Shown: positions 19,456 to 28,207, counted from the first letter of the stretch. The stretch is DNA of 32,000 bases from Telmatocola sphagniphila (GCF_018398935.1 NZ_CP074694.1:3420001-3452000), one strand, 5' to 3'. Program-made: numbers and translations. Notes: generated by a model not told the origin, from the sequence alone.

Positions 19456-20412
19456 TCATCCGGTGGGCTGTTTGGGACCCTGTCTCAAAACCACACTCAT
19501 ATATAGTTGTTCGAGGCCTTGTTTGCGATGGTTCAGTTTTCGCAGTCCCCATCCCTTTTCGACCACCCGCTTCACCAGTCCATTTTCCACATCCAAATGG
19601 GAAGTGATTTCCAGGTTGTAAGTATTCACATCCGAGGAGCCTGCATCGGAAGTCACTTTGACCACTCCTGGAATCTGACCGAGAGTATGAACGATTTCCT
19701 CACTCGGTCCGCGCAATTCCAGTTCCAGCGAGGGCATGGTACCGGAGAGTTCGGAGAGCTTGCCATCCCAGTGCAGCGTGCCGCGATTGATGATAATTAC
19801 CCGGTCGCAGCTGGCTTCGACTTCTGGAAGAATATGGGTAGAAAGTAGAACGGTATGGCTACCGGCCAGTTCGCGAATGGTGTGCAAGGTCTCGCGAATC
19901 TGAACCGGGTCCAAACCTGCTGTCGGCTCATCCAGAATCAGTAGTGGCGGATCGGCAATCAAGGCATCCGCCAGGCCGACACGCTGACGATAACCTTTGG
20001 AAAGTGTTCCAATCAAGCGGCGGCGAACTTCCCGAATTCGACATTTTTCCAGGCAGTATTCGATTCGCGAGTTGCGTTTGGAGCGATCGACCTCCTTCAA
20101 TTTCGCCCGGTATTGGAGATATTCCTCCACCCGCATTTCCGGGTAGATCGGCACGCTTTCCGGAAGGAAACCCAGCTTCCGGCGTACTTCCATTGAATAG
20201 TCCATCACGTCCAGTCCGAAGACTTTGGCAATCCCACTGGAGGCCGGCATGATGGTGGTTAGAATTCGCATGGTCGTCGATTTCCCGGCGCCGTTGGGCC
20301 CCAAAAAACCGACCAATTCACCGGGTTGAACGGTAAATGAGATACGGTCGACCGCTTGCACGGGACCGTAATTTTTGCAGAGATTCGATACTTCAATCGC
20401 AGGATCAGACAT
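19456..20412 (-). CDS. ABC transporter ATP-binding protein (GldA/ABC-2 subfamily-like)
   Basis: Walker A GPNGAGKST, signature LSKGYRQRV, Walker B LLILDEPTAGLD and H-loop LSTH. The start is placed at ATG 20412 (MSDPAIEVSNL...). The ORF track's ATG at 20475 adds 21 non-conserved residues. Confidence 0.9.
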   Translation of the reverse strand: MSDPAIEVSNLCKNYGPVQAVDRISFTVQPGELVGFLGPNGAGKSTTMRILTTIMPASSGIAKVFGLDVMDYSMEVRRKLGFLPESVPIYPEMRVEEYLQYRAKLKEVDRSKRNSRIEYCLEKCRIREVRRRLIGTLSKGYRQRVGLADALIADPPLLILDEPTAGLDPVQIRETLHTIRELAGSHTVLLSTHILPEVEASCDRVIIINRGTLHWDGKLSELSGTMPSLELELRGPSEEIVHTLGQIPGVVKVTSDAGSSDVNTYNLEITSHLDVENGLVKRVVEKGWGLRKLNHRKQGLEQLYMSVVLRQGPKQPTG

Positions 20413-20502
20413 CTTGGTTGCGAGCTCCGTCGGATTGTGCGAGTAGGACGATATTATGTTAGACGACCGGCCCAAGACAAGGTGTCGGACGAAAGAGGAA
20501 AA

Positions 20503-20521
20503 CTACCCGCCCTCGGTCCGA
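20503..20521 (-). repeat. Inverted-orientation copy of the recurrent GTCGGAC-core motif (CTACCCGCCCTCGGTCCGA), in the ABC-operon upstream region
   Basis: It shares the 11-mer CCTCGGTCCGA and a flanking CTACC with the reverse complement of 31309-31326 (CTACCTACCTCGGTCCGA). A GTGTCGGAC 9-mer also lies at 20482-20490. Confidence 0.5.
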
Positions 20522-20552
20522 GAATAAGCATATTCTGACAAAAGTGAAATAT

Positions 20553-20574
20553 TTCCGGCCAGGCCGAGCCGGAA
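20553..20574 (-). terminator. Candidate intrinsic terminator after the tricorn-like protease gene
   Basis: Hairpin TTCCGGC-(8 nt)-GCCGGAA. On the minus strand it is followed by ATATTTCACTTTTGTC. It lies 62 nt downstream of the protease stop. Confidence 0.35.
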
Positions 20575-20635
20575 TTTAACCTTCTAGAGTGCTGGGCTTA
20601 ACGTAAAATTCAACCCAGCCGGATCACCCTGTGGA

Positions 20636-23600
20636 TTACTTTCGTTCCGAGGACTTTCGCAGGGTCGGCTTGGGCTTGCCCTTTTCGTCCTGCACGTCCT
20701 TCAGCAGCACTTCCACAGCTTTGGCCAGTTGATCGTCCTTACCCTTGGCCATATCGCCTGGCTGTGGCCAGACGATGAAATGAGGAACCGCTCCGTTCAG
20801 TTCCTCGTCCTCTCCATCATCGATTTTGAACCAGCCGCGGAAAGGCAGTCGCAGAGTGCCCACATCCATGATCTGAGCCGCTCCGGTGGAGACCACGCCT
20901 CCCGCCGTGGGTACACCCACGAGGTGGCCCCGATTCAAAATCTTGATCGCATGACTGAAAATTTCAGCGTTGCTGAAACTGTTCTGATTGCACAACACGA
21001 CAATCGGCTTATTCCAGGAAGCGAAAACCGTGCGATCCTGAGGATACCCCGGGCCGCCATCGCGCGGCACCGCAATGGCATGCCGCGGCTGCGTCAACGC
21101 GGTGAGCAACAGGTCGGCCGTGGAACCGCCGCCATTTTCGCGGACGTCAATCAGCAATCCTTCTTTACCCGCGCCCGCATTGTACAGCGACTCTTCGAAT
21201 CTATGGAAGCTGGACTCATCCATGGCTTTGATGTGCAAATAGCCGAGTTTGCCGCCGGAAAGTTTATTCACCGTTGCAATGTTGGAATCGATCATTTTAT
21301 TATAGATGCTGTTGCCCAATCGAGCGGCGGCCATGCTGATCGGTCGCAGAGTCACATCGCGTTCGGCCCCATCGGGAGCTTTCACTTTCAGAGTTACATC
21401 GCGGTTAGGATTACCGTTCAGATAAACCGTCGGATCGATCGCGTTGTCAATGACCTTGCCATCCACAGCTACCACCACGTCGCCGGGATTCAATTTGGTC
21501 TTCTTCTGATCCGCAGGCGTTCCCGGTAGAGTATCCTTCACTTTCCATCCGGGTCCCGCGAAGCTGGGGTCAAAGCGAGCCCCGAAATAGGCGGTGGTTT
21601 CTCGCCAGCTGGCCCCTGCGCCTTCTGCGTTCTGGACGCCTGCAGGACCGCCGCGACCGCCCGGCGTGAAACCGAGGTGGGAACCGTTCAGTTCGCCCAG
21701 CATCATTTGAACGAGGGTCTGCAGGGTTTCCAGATCCGTAGTCTCCGCAACCGGTAGATACTTGGCTTTCACGGCGTTCCAGTCCCGATTGCCTAAGCGG
21801 CTGTCGTACCAGTTATCCCGCATAATGCGCCAGGCCATCTCGAATGCGGCTTGGTACTTCTTGGCAATGTCGACATCCTGATAGGCCGTGAAGGCATAGC
21901 GACCCGGGGAGGCTGTAGCTGCTGCTCCCCCTCCCTGTGGGGCCTGGAAGTTACCACCCTTTCGACCACCGCCTCCCTGTTTCGGTGCGGGTGCGGCCGT
22001 AGTTACCGGTGCGGCGGAACCTGCGGAAAGTGCTGTAGGCACTCCCCCCACCAACCCGACAATAGTGCCGCTTCGCAACCATTTTGCTCCGGAAGCGACC
22101 TGAGCTGACATGAGATTGGGAGTCAGATTGTCCGGAATTTCGATCGTATAAGTGGAGCCGCCATTGGCATAGGCGATCTTCTTGGAATCGGGCGAGAAAA
22201 GTAGGGCGCCCACCGGTTCAACGCGAACCCGCCGAATCCGGTCATAGATGCCATCGAAGTCTATGACCACACCGGTGGATCGACGCACCGGAGTAGTACT
22301 CCTGGGCTGTTCGGTCTTGGCCGGCTCTTTCCCCTGCTCTCGGGGCATCGGTATAGGTTCGGGCTGTTGCTCATCGGAAACTTTCTTGGAGAACGGAGCT
22401 AAAGGACCACGCCCTTTTTGAAGCTTTTCAATCGCCTTTTCCAGACTCTTTTCCCGAGAACTTTTCTCGTCATCTTCCTTGCTCAGGTAGACGAAGTGCA
22501 GATTGAAATTGTCCTTCTTATCGCGAGCGCCCACCCAGGCGATGACTTTCCCATCCGGCGACCAGACCGGCGAATGATCGTTGTAAGGATGCCGCGACAG
22601 ATTGAATTCGGGTCGCGAGTTATCGAGTGGCTTCACCCAGATATCACTGTTGAAATCGTTATCGTCGACGGCGTACACCATCCATTTGCCGTCGGGAGAC
22701 CAGTCGTAGTCGGGAGCATTCCAGGAATGGACGAACTCCTTGGGTTCCTTGCCGTCGGCATCGGCAATCCACAGGTTACCGCGATTCCGAATGTAAGCGA
22801 TCTTTGTTCCATCGGGACTGAATTTGATGGAACCCAGTACATCGCCGACACTGGTGACCGGTTCGATTTTGAAAGAATCCTGTTGCAGCCAAAGCTTGGA
22901 TTCATCGCCTCGAGTAGCCCGATAGATATCGCTTTTCCCGTTCATGTCCGAAACGAACAAAATTGACTTTCCATCCGGTGCGAAAACGACGCCGCGTTCT
23001 TCTTCCGGGGTACGGGTTATCCGCTTGGGTTCCCGCAACTCGGTATCCATGACCCACACGTCTCCGCCAGCGATGAAAGCAATTTCCAGGCCGTCGGGCG
23101 TAAAGGAGCATTGCGTTGCAGTGGTCAGCACCCGGCGATCAATCCGTTCGATGGGACGATCGTCGTCGCGCAGAATTTCGATTTTGGAAGGGACCTCATT
23201 CTTACCTGGCTCAATGCGATAGAAGTCGAATAGCTGCCGAAAGACGATGGTGGAGCCATCGCGAGAAATACAGGGAGTCACCACGCCGTCGTCGGTGTAC
23301 TTGGTGATCTGCCGGGTGGCTTTCCCGTTACTTTCCATCAAGTTATAGGTCTTGTTCGCGCCGCTGACGTAGTAGAAGGAATCTCCCTTCGGATTCCAGA
23401 GTGGCCAGAAATTGTTGAAACCATCATCTATCAGCTTGTTGAACGCTTTGCTGTCGCGGTTGTAAACCCAAACCTGCGCCCCCTGAGAGCCCTTGTAACC
23501 CTTACGCCATCGTTCCGTCCCTTCCCGGTTGAACAAAAGCGATTGGCCATTAGGAGAAATCGTCGCCGCGGAAGCGTAATCGTCAAACACCATCTGCTCA

Positions 23601-24067
23601 GCAGGCCGAGCTTTGGGATCTGTAGATAGCGGAATCACGAACAATCGATCCGAAGCGCGTCGGCCATAACCGCCATCCCGGGTGGATTCCACCAGCAGAC
23701 CTTTGCCATCGGGGGTCCATTCCAGCAGTGTGAAACCAGCGGAATTGAACGTGACCTGACGCGGCGTTCCTCCGATGGCGGGCATGACGAAAACCTGATT
23801 GCCGCCGTTTCGATCCGAAATGAAAGCAATCTGCTGACCGTTGGGCGAAAACTTGGGCTGTGTATCCCGAGCCGAGTTTGTCGTGAGTGGTTTGGCGACG
23901 CCTCCGGTGGAGGCTACTGACCAGATATCGCCGTTCCAGTCGAAGACTAACGTTTTACCATCGGGGGAAAGGGAGGGATTATTGGGTAATCGAATTGGCT
24001 CGGCGGCGTGGGCGATCTGACAGAACGCCATAATTATCAAGGGGATCGCGCAGCGGAATGTGCTCAC
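20636..24067 (-). CDS. Tricorn protease homolog (TolB-like beta-propellers, PDZ and S41 peptidase domains), secreted
   Basis: 1143 aa with signal peptide MSTFRCAIPLIIMAFCQIAHA. It has repeated PD40-type units (SPDGKTLVF, FSPNGQQIAFISDRNG, WSPDGKWMVY, WSPDGKVIAWV), a PDZ-like segment (LNPGDVVVAVDGKVI) and S41 blocks (LLIDVRENGGGS, VVLCNQNSFSNAEIFSHAIK...LVGVPTAGG). Confidence 0.85.
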   Translation of the reverse strand: MSTFRCAIPLIIMAFCQIAHAAEPIRLPNNPSLSPDGKTLVFDWNGDIWSVASTGGVAKPLTTNSARDTQPKFSPNGQQIAFISDRNGGNQVFVMPAIGGTPRQVTFNSAGFTLLEWTPDGKGLLVESTRDGGYGRRASDRLFVIPLSTDPKARPAEQMVFDDYASAATISPNGQSLLFNREGTERWRKGYKGSQGAQVWVYNRDSKAFNKLIDDGFNNFWPLWNPKGDSFYYVSGANKTYNLMESNGKATRQITKYTDDGVVTPCISRDGSTIVFRQLFDFYRIEPGKNEVPSKIEILRDDDRPIERIDRRVLTTATQCSFTPDGLEIAFIAGGDVWVMDTELREPKRITRTPEEERGVVFAPDGKSILFVSDMNGKSDIYRATRGDESKLWLQQDSFKIEPVTSVGDVLGSIKFSPDGTKIAYIRNRGNLWIADADGKEPKEFVHSWNAPDYDWSPDGKWMVYAVDDNDFNSDIWVKPLDNSRPEFNLSRHPYNDHSPVWSPDGKVIAWVGARDKKDNFNLHFVYLSKEDDEKSSREKSLEKAIEKLQKGRGPLAPFSKKVSDEQQPEPIPMPREQGKEPAKTEQPRSTTPVRRSTGVVIDFDGIYDRIRRVRVEPVGALLFSPDSKKIAYANGGSTYTIEIPDNLTPNLMSAQVASGAKWLRSGTIVGLVGGVPTALSAGSAAPVTTAAPAPKQGGGGRKGGNFQAPQGGGAAATASPGRYAFTAYQDVDIAKKYQAAFEMAWRIMRDNWYDSRLGNRDWNAVKAKYLPVAETTDLETLQTLVQMMLGELNGSHLGFTPGGRGGPAGVQNAEGAGASWRETTAYFGARFDPSFAGPGWKVKDTLPGTPADQKKTKLNPGDVVVAVDGKVIDNAIDPTVYLNGNPNRDVTLKVKAPDGAERDVTLRPISMAAARLGNSIYNKMIDSNIATVNKLSGGKLGYLHIKAMDESSFHRFEESLYNAGAGKEGLLIDVRENGGGSTADLLLTALTQPRHAIAVPRDGGPGYPQDRTVFASWNKPIVVLCNQNSFSNAEIFSHAIKILNRGHLVGVPTAGGVVSTGAAQIMDVGTLRLPFRGWFKIDDGEDEELNGAVPHFIVWPQPGDMAKGKDDQLAKAVEVLLKDVQDEKGKPKPTLRKSSERK

Positions 24068-24138
24068 GAGACGTATCTCCTGCGACTACGGGATTATGCG
24101 GTAAAAAGTTTGTTATAGGCGTCCGATATCAACCTGTC

Positions 24139-24852
24139 TTAGTCAGTCTGATGAGAAACCGGTGAGAGTTCTTTAATCCATTCCTGCGAGATCGGCCACT
24201 GGGAATCGATTTCTGCTTCGAGTCGTACAGGCACTTTCCGGAAGGGATGATCGAAAACCAATGAGCGGGCATGCAGTGCAATTCTCCAGGAGTTACCAGC
24301 ATCGAAGGGTTTTGCAGAACCGTACTGGGTATCCCCCAGAATGGGAAAGCCGCGACTCGCGGCCTGGATGCGTAACTGGTGCATTCGACCCGTCTGAGGC
24401 AACAACTCCATCCACGAAAAATCGGGAGTGGTACGAAGCACCCGATACTCGGTCACCGCTTCTTTGGCACCCGAAAACTCCGCAGACACCAATTCCGCCC
24501 TGGCCACATCCGGGATCTTTCGAAGGAAATCCTGCCAGATACCACTGATCGGATGTGGTGTCCCTTCGACCAGAGCCCAATAAGTTTTTCGCACAGTGCG
24601 ATGCTCAAATTGAGCGGCAATCTTCGCAGCCGCTTTGCTGTTGCGAGCAAAGACTACCACACCGCTGACCGGCTTATCCAGCCGGTGGGGAATTCCGAGA
24701 TAGACCCCCGCCGGTTTCTGATACTTCTCCTTGATGTAGGCTTTGACTCGGGCTTCCAGCGAATCGATCCCGACCGGGGCCTGCGTCGGCAGGCCGGCCG
24801 GTTTATTGAGTGCAATAAAGTGAAAATCTTCGAATAGAACTTCTAAACTCAT
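24139..24852 (-). CDS. RluA-family pseudouridine synthase (no S4 domain)
   Basis: 237 aa with motifs FIALNKPAGLPTQ and the catalytic-Asp motif HRLDKPVSGVVVFARN, followed by YWALVEG, RMHQLRIQ and PILGDTQYG. Confidence 0.88.
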   Translation of the reverse strand: MSLEVLFEDFHFIALNKPAGLPTQAPVGIDSLEARVKAYIKEKYQKPAGVYLGIPHRLDKPVSGVVVFARNSKAAAKIAAQFEHRTVRKTYWALVEGTPHPISGIWQDFLRKIPDVARAELVSAEFSGAKEAVTEYRVLRTTPDFSWMELLPQTGRMHQLRIQAASRGFPILGDTQYGSAKPFDAGNSWRIALHARSLVFDHPFRKVPVRLEAEIDSQWPISQEWIKELSPVSHQTD

Positions 24853-24870
24853 CCGTTTAATCTATGGCTT

Positions 24871-26112
24871 TTAGCTCATTCGCAGCGGCTGTTTCTCCTC
24901 GGGAGTCTGAATTGTTCCCTGACAAAAAACCACATGCGTTTCCGTCTCGGAAATTTTTGAATTTGTCGGCCTGGGACGTAGCCGCTCGGCTAGCCGTTTG
25001 CCCAACTGATTGAATCGCTCCTCGACCAGATAGTGGATCGCTACTGCCAGCAGGAATGTCGAAATGAAAGCAATCGCAATCGCTGGATAAGCAGTCAGTC
25101 CCTGTCTCAAGGCGGTCGTCAGGATCATGTAGCCAATGACCGGATGTACCAGATACAGCGGGTAGCTGATGTTCGCCAGGAAATTCAAAGGGCGAACATA
25201 CGGGATATAGCCCCGGAACAGATAGAAGAAACCGAAGCAGAAATAAGAAGCAATATAAGTCCTTCGCGTTGCCGGAAAATGCTGGGCCTGCATCAAATGA
25301 TTCGAAGTTGGCAGATACCAGAGTCCCAGGATCGCCAGTGTCATCAGCACGCTGGTCCGCAGCGACCACTCCTGCTTATAAAAGCGATAGAAGCAAGTGC
25401 CCACCAGCATGTAGATCAGATAGCAAAGGTCGTTCCCTAAGATGCACAGCGGCCAGTACTGAACGTTTCCCAGAATGAAGGCTGAGTTGTAATAGCTTCC
25501 AATAGAAAACGACAGTAACGAGAGCACACCCGCTGTACTTAGTACCCCTTTCCAGGTCCTGAAAAGTCCCAGGGAATACATGGCCGCGCATAAGATGTAA
25601 AACTGCACTTCCAGAGCCAGCGTCCAGGAGACAGAATCGACCCAGCGCAGTTGCAATTGCGGGGCCACCAGTCCGGCATTAGCGAGAATAGTCGAAAGGT
25701 TGTAAGGGAAGCCATTCCCGTTGACCGACCAGTACCAATAAAGAGCGAGGCAGTTGATACTCAGCGTCGTCCAGAAAACCGGGAAGATCCGGAACCAGCG
25801 CGCCAGCAAAAATCCTCTCGTGCGATATTTCTCTAGCGAAATGGGAATCACGAATCCGCTGATCAGAAAGAAAGTACTGACTCCCAAACCACCCGGCGTC
25901 ATGTGATTGATCGAGTGCCGCATGTGAAAGTCGATATGCGGCGGCATCTCCGGTAGTGGATCGAGCGGCACCACCAAATTAGCGAGTTTGAGATTTTCGT
26001 GCTCCAGCCAGTACCCCCACGCCAGGTGACTGTAGACCACGACCAGACAAGCCAGACCACGCAAAAGTTGAGCGAACCAGATGCGATCCTTCGCAGTATT
26101 TTTCGATTCCAT
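24871..26112 (-). CDS. Membrane acyltransferase family 3 protein (OafA/NolL-type O-acyltransferase)
   Basis: 413 aa with about 10 TM helices. The family-typical N-terminus is RIWFAQLLRGLACLVVVYSHL and the later block is VSTFFLISGFVI. Confidence 0.8.
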   Translation of the reverse strand: MESKNTAKDRIWFAQLLRGLACLVVVYSHLAWGYWLEHENLKLANLVVPLDPLPEMPPHIDFHMRHSINHMTPGGLGVSTFFLISGFVIPISLEKYRTRGFLLARWFRIFPVFWTTLSINCLALYWYWSVNGNGFPYNLSTILANAGLVAPQLQLRWVDSVSWTLALEVQFYILCAAMYSLGLFRTWKGVLSTAGVLSLLSFSIGSYYNSAFILGNVQYWPLCILGNDLCYLIYMLVGTCFYRFYKQEWSLRTSVLMTLAILGLWYLPTSNHLMQAQHFPATRRTYIASYFCFGFFYLFRGYIPYVRPLNFLANISYPLYLVHPVIGYMILTTALRQGLTAYPAIAIAFISTFLLAVAIHYLVEERFNQLGKRLAERLRPRPTNSKISETETHVVFCQGTIQTPEEKQPLRMS

Positions 26113-26151
26113 GCCACTAAGCTAACCGCCGCGTACGATCTCCGCAAGACT

Positions 26152-26991
26152 TCATTTCAGCCTTGTCAGGATTTCCGCTTCGGTGACCGGTAAACGACGG
26201 CCATCTTCGAACTCAATAAGCAATCGGCGCGCTAAAATTTCCTGGGCTAATACCTTACCTTGTCCCTTATCCGTCACCACGCGAGTACCTATCGGCGGTA
26301 ATTCCTTCAAGTGTTCCTCGTACACATCCTGCTCGAAGCGTAGGCAACATTTCAACCGGCCGCATCGGCCCGAAATCTTGTTTGGATCCAAAGTCGACTT
26401 CTGGATCTTCGCCATCCGCATACTCACCGGCGGCATCACGGCCATGTGCGTATTGCAGCAGACCGGTTTACCGCAATCCCCATAATCGGCCAGCAGCTTG
26501 GCTTCGTCTCGTATCCCGACTTGCCGTAATTCAATTCGGGATTGAAACTCGCGGGCCATGCCTTTGACCAGCTCTCGAAAATCGACGCGTTTTTCGGAAA
26601 CGAAGTAGAAGACCACTCGCTCGCCGTGAACCAATCGTTCGACATCAATCAGTTGCATGTCCAGTTGATGTTGGATGATCAGTTCTACACCCCGGTCGTA
26701 ATCGCGCCGTCGCATAGCCCGGACCTGCTCTTCTTTCTGCAAGTCTTCGGGTCCGGCTTTCCTTATGGAATCAGCTTTTTTAAGCGGTTCGGTGTGATAG
26801 TTGAACATGGCGGGCAAAGCGCAAGAAAGGATGTCTACAATCTCGAGACCGCGTTCGGTCTTGCAAAGGACTCGATCGCCTCTCGTCAATTCCATTTCAC
26901 CGACAACTTCCGTCAGCACCCGCATGGTGCCGTAACGACCGATGGCATGCTTGGAAGTCTTAAGGGCCGGTGGTAACGTCTCATTTTCCAT
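26152..26991 (-). CDS. PSP1-domain protein (YaaT/RicT-like)
   Basis: 279 aa with the PSP1 C-terminal domain pattern, including DYGDCGKPVCCNTH and GRCGRLKCCLRFE cysteine clusters. Confidence 0.85.
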   Translation of the reverse strand: MENETLPPALKTSKHAIGRYGTMRVLTEVVGEMELTRGDRVLCKTERGLEIVDILSCALPAMFNYHTEPLKKADSIRKAGPEDLQKEEQVRAMRRRDYDRGVELIIQHQLDMQLIDVERLVHGERVVFYFVSEKRVDFRELVKGMAREFQSRIELRQVGIRDEAKLLADYGDCGKPVCCNTHMAVMPPVSMRMAKIQKSTLDPNKISGRCGRLKCCLRFEQDVYEEHLKELPPIGTRVVTDKGQGKVLAQEILARRLLIEFEDGRRLPVTEAEILTRLK

Positions 26992-27003
26992 CCCCCAATT
27001 GTA

Positions 27004-27744
27004 TCACGTTCGACTGCGAACGCTACTTAAACCTCCGTCGATGCCGATCACCTGACCGGTCACCCAACGGGTCGAAGGATCGAGAAGCCATTCCGCTGCC
27101 GAAGCAATATCGCACGGCTCGCCAATACTACCGAGCGCGTGCATATTCTTCGAGGCTTTCAGGGACGCTTCGTTGGAGGTGAGCCGGAAGGTCAATGGGG
27201 TTTCCACCAGTCCCGGAGCAATGGCATTGATGCGAATGTTCTTATTGCCGTAACTCGCCGCAGTAGCCAGAACCAGACCGATGATCCCCGCTTTCGCCGC
27301 CGCGATCGCCTCGTGATTCACCAGACCAATTCGTGCGGCGGCCGAGGAGAACAACACAATTGAGCCTCCCTCCCCATTCATCATGGCTTTCGTGGCCGCC
27401 CGGACCACGTAGAAGGCGGAGTCCAGATTGGTACGAATGGTGGAATGCCACTCTTCATCGGTCGTGAGGTGGGCCGGCTTCAACAGGATCGAGCCGACGG
27501 CATGCAGAACGCCGTCAATTTTGCCGAACAATCGAAGGGCTTCCGCGAAACAAGTATCGACTTCTTTCGAATTGGTCACATCGAGGGCAAACGTGGGTTG
27601 GTTAAGCTCCACGGCCAGTTCGACCAGTTTCTGTTCACTACGGCCCGCCAGCAATACTCGCGATCCCTTGGCTACCAATCGGCGTACCGTTTCCGATGCA
27701 ATCCCACCACTGGCTCCCAAAACAACGTAATTCGATTGGTGCAT
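27004..27744 (-). CDS. FabG-like short-chain dehydrogenase/reductase with a non-canonical active site (Ile in place of the catalytic Tyr)
   Basis: 246 aa with Rossmann motif VVLGASGGIA, then HAVG and TNLDS, and NIRINAIAPGLVETP. The segment NHEAIAAAKAGIIG aligns to E. coli FabG QANYAAAKAGLIGF, recalled from memory. Confidence 0.88.
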   Translation of the reverse strand: MHQSNYVVLGASGGIASETVRRLVAKGSRVLLAGRSEQKLVELAVELNQPTFALDVTNSKEVDTCFAEALRLFGKIDGVLHAVGSILLKPAHLTTDEEWHSTIRTNLDSAFYVVRAATKAMMNGEGGSIVLFSSAAARIGLVNHEAIAAAKAGIIGLVLATAASYGNKNIRINAIAPGLVETPLTFRLTSNEASLKASKNMHALGSIGEPCDIASAAEWLLDPSTRWVTGQVIGIDGGLSSVRSRT

Positions 27745-27895
27745 GCGACAAACTCGGGTGAATAATTATTTGCACATTAATAGACGGGGGCAAAGCGGCA
27801 GATCCAATATCCATCGAATAAAAATGCCGGGATTTTTTGCAGGACACAACCGAGATGGAAAAGACGGGAGCGATCCGAATTAGGGTTTTCCCTAG

Positions 27896-27952
27896 TAAGG
27901 TCATCAGATCATCATATTTCACATAGTGGAAAACGCGATTTTGATGACCTTA
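27896..27952. promoter_or_regulatory. Perfect 11-bp inverted repeat (TAAGGTCATCA ... TGATGACCTTA, 35-nt spacer) in the SDR upstream region
   Basis: Read directly at 27896-27906 and 27942-27952. It lies 150-210 nt upstream of the SDR ATG and about 30 nt from repeat copy R1. Confidence 0.35.
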
Positions 27953-27983
27953 GGCTATTTCTTGGAGAATATGGCTTTTGCGG

Positions 27984-28177
27984 CCGACGCATCAGAGAGC
28001 CAGAGCCTCCTTCAGCCACCACTAGGGTACCAGATTTGCAAGGAAAACGCAATAAAAGTTGGGGATGGATAAAGGGTGGATTTGCGGGAACGAAAAGGCT
28101 ATTCTGAAGATGCTCTGGCCTCTAGCCGGTGCCACCCAAAATAATTCAGGACAATGGTTTAGGACAAGCGGAAGGGA
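27984..28177. repeat. 194-bp direct repeat, copy R1
   Basis: Aligns without gaps to 29527-29720 with 10 mismatches (184/194 identical). It is non-coding by context and lies between the SDR start and the HEAT-gene stop. Confidence 0.9.
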
Positions 28178-28207
28178 GCTCACCAGTACCCCCCACGCCT
28201 CGCTAGC

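Noticed and set aside
13632-23307. Long antisense ORFs inside the DUF4340, GldG-like, ABC and tricorn genes (e.g. 14367-15071, 15960-16997, 20729-21529, 22418-2966)
   Set aside because: All are embedded opposite well-supported genes with recognisable domains. The translations are R/F/H-rich and match no family I recognise. They are typical shadow ORFs.
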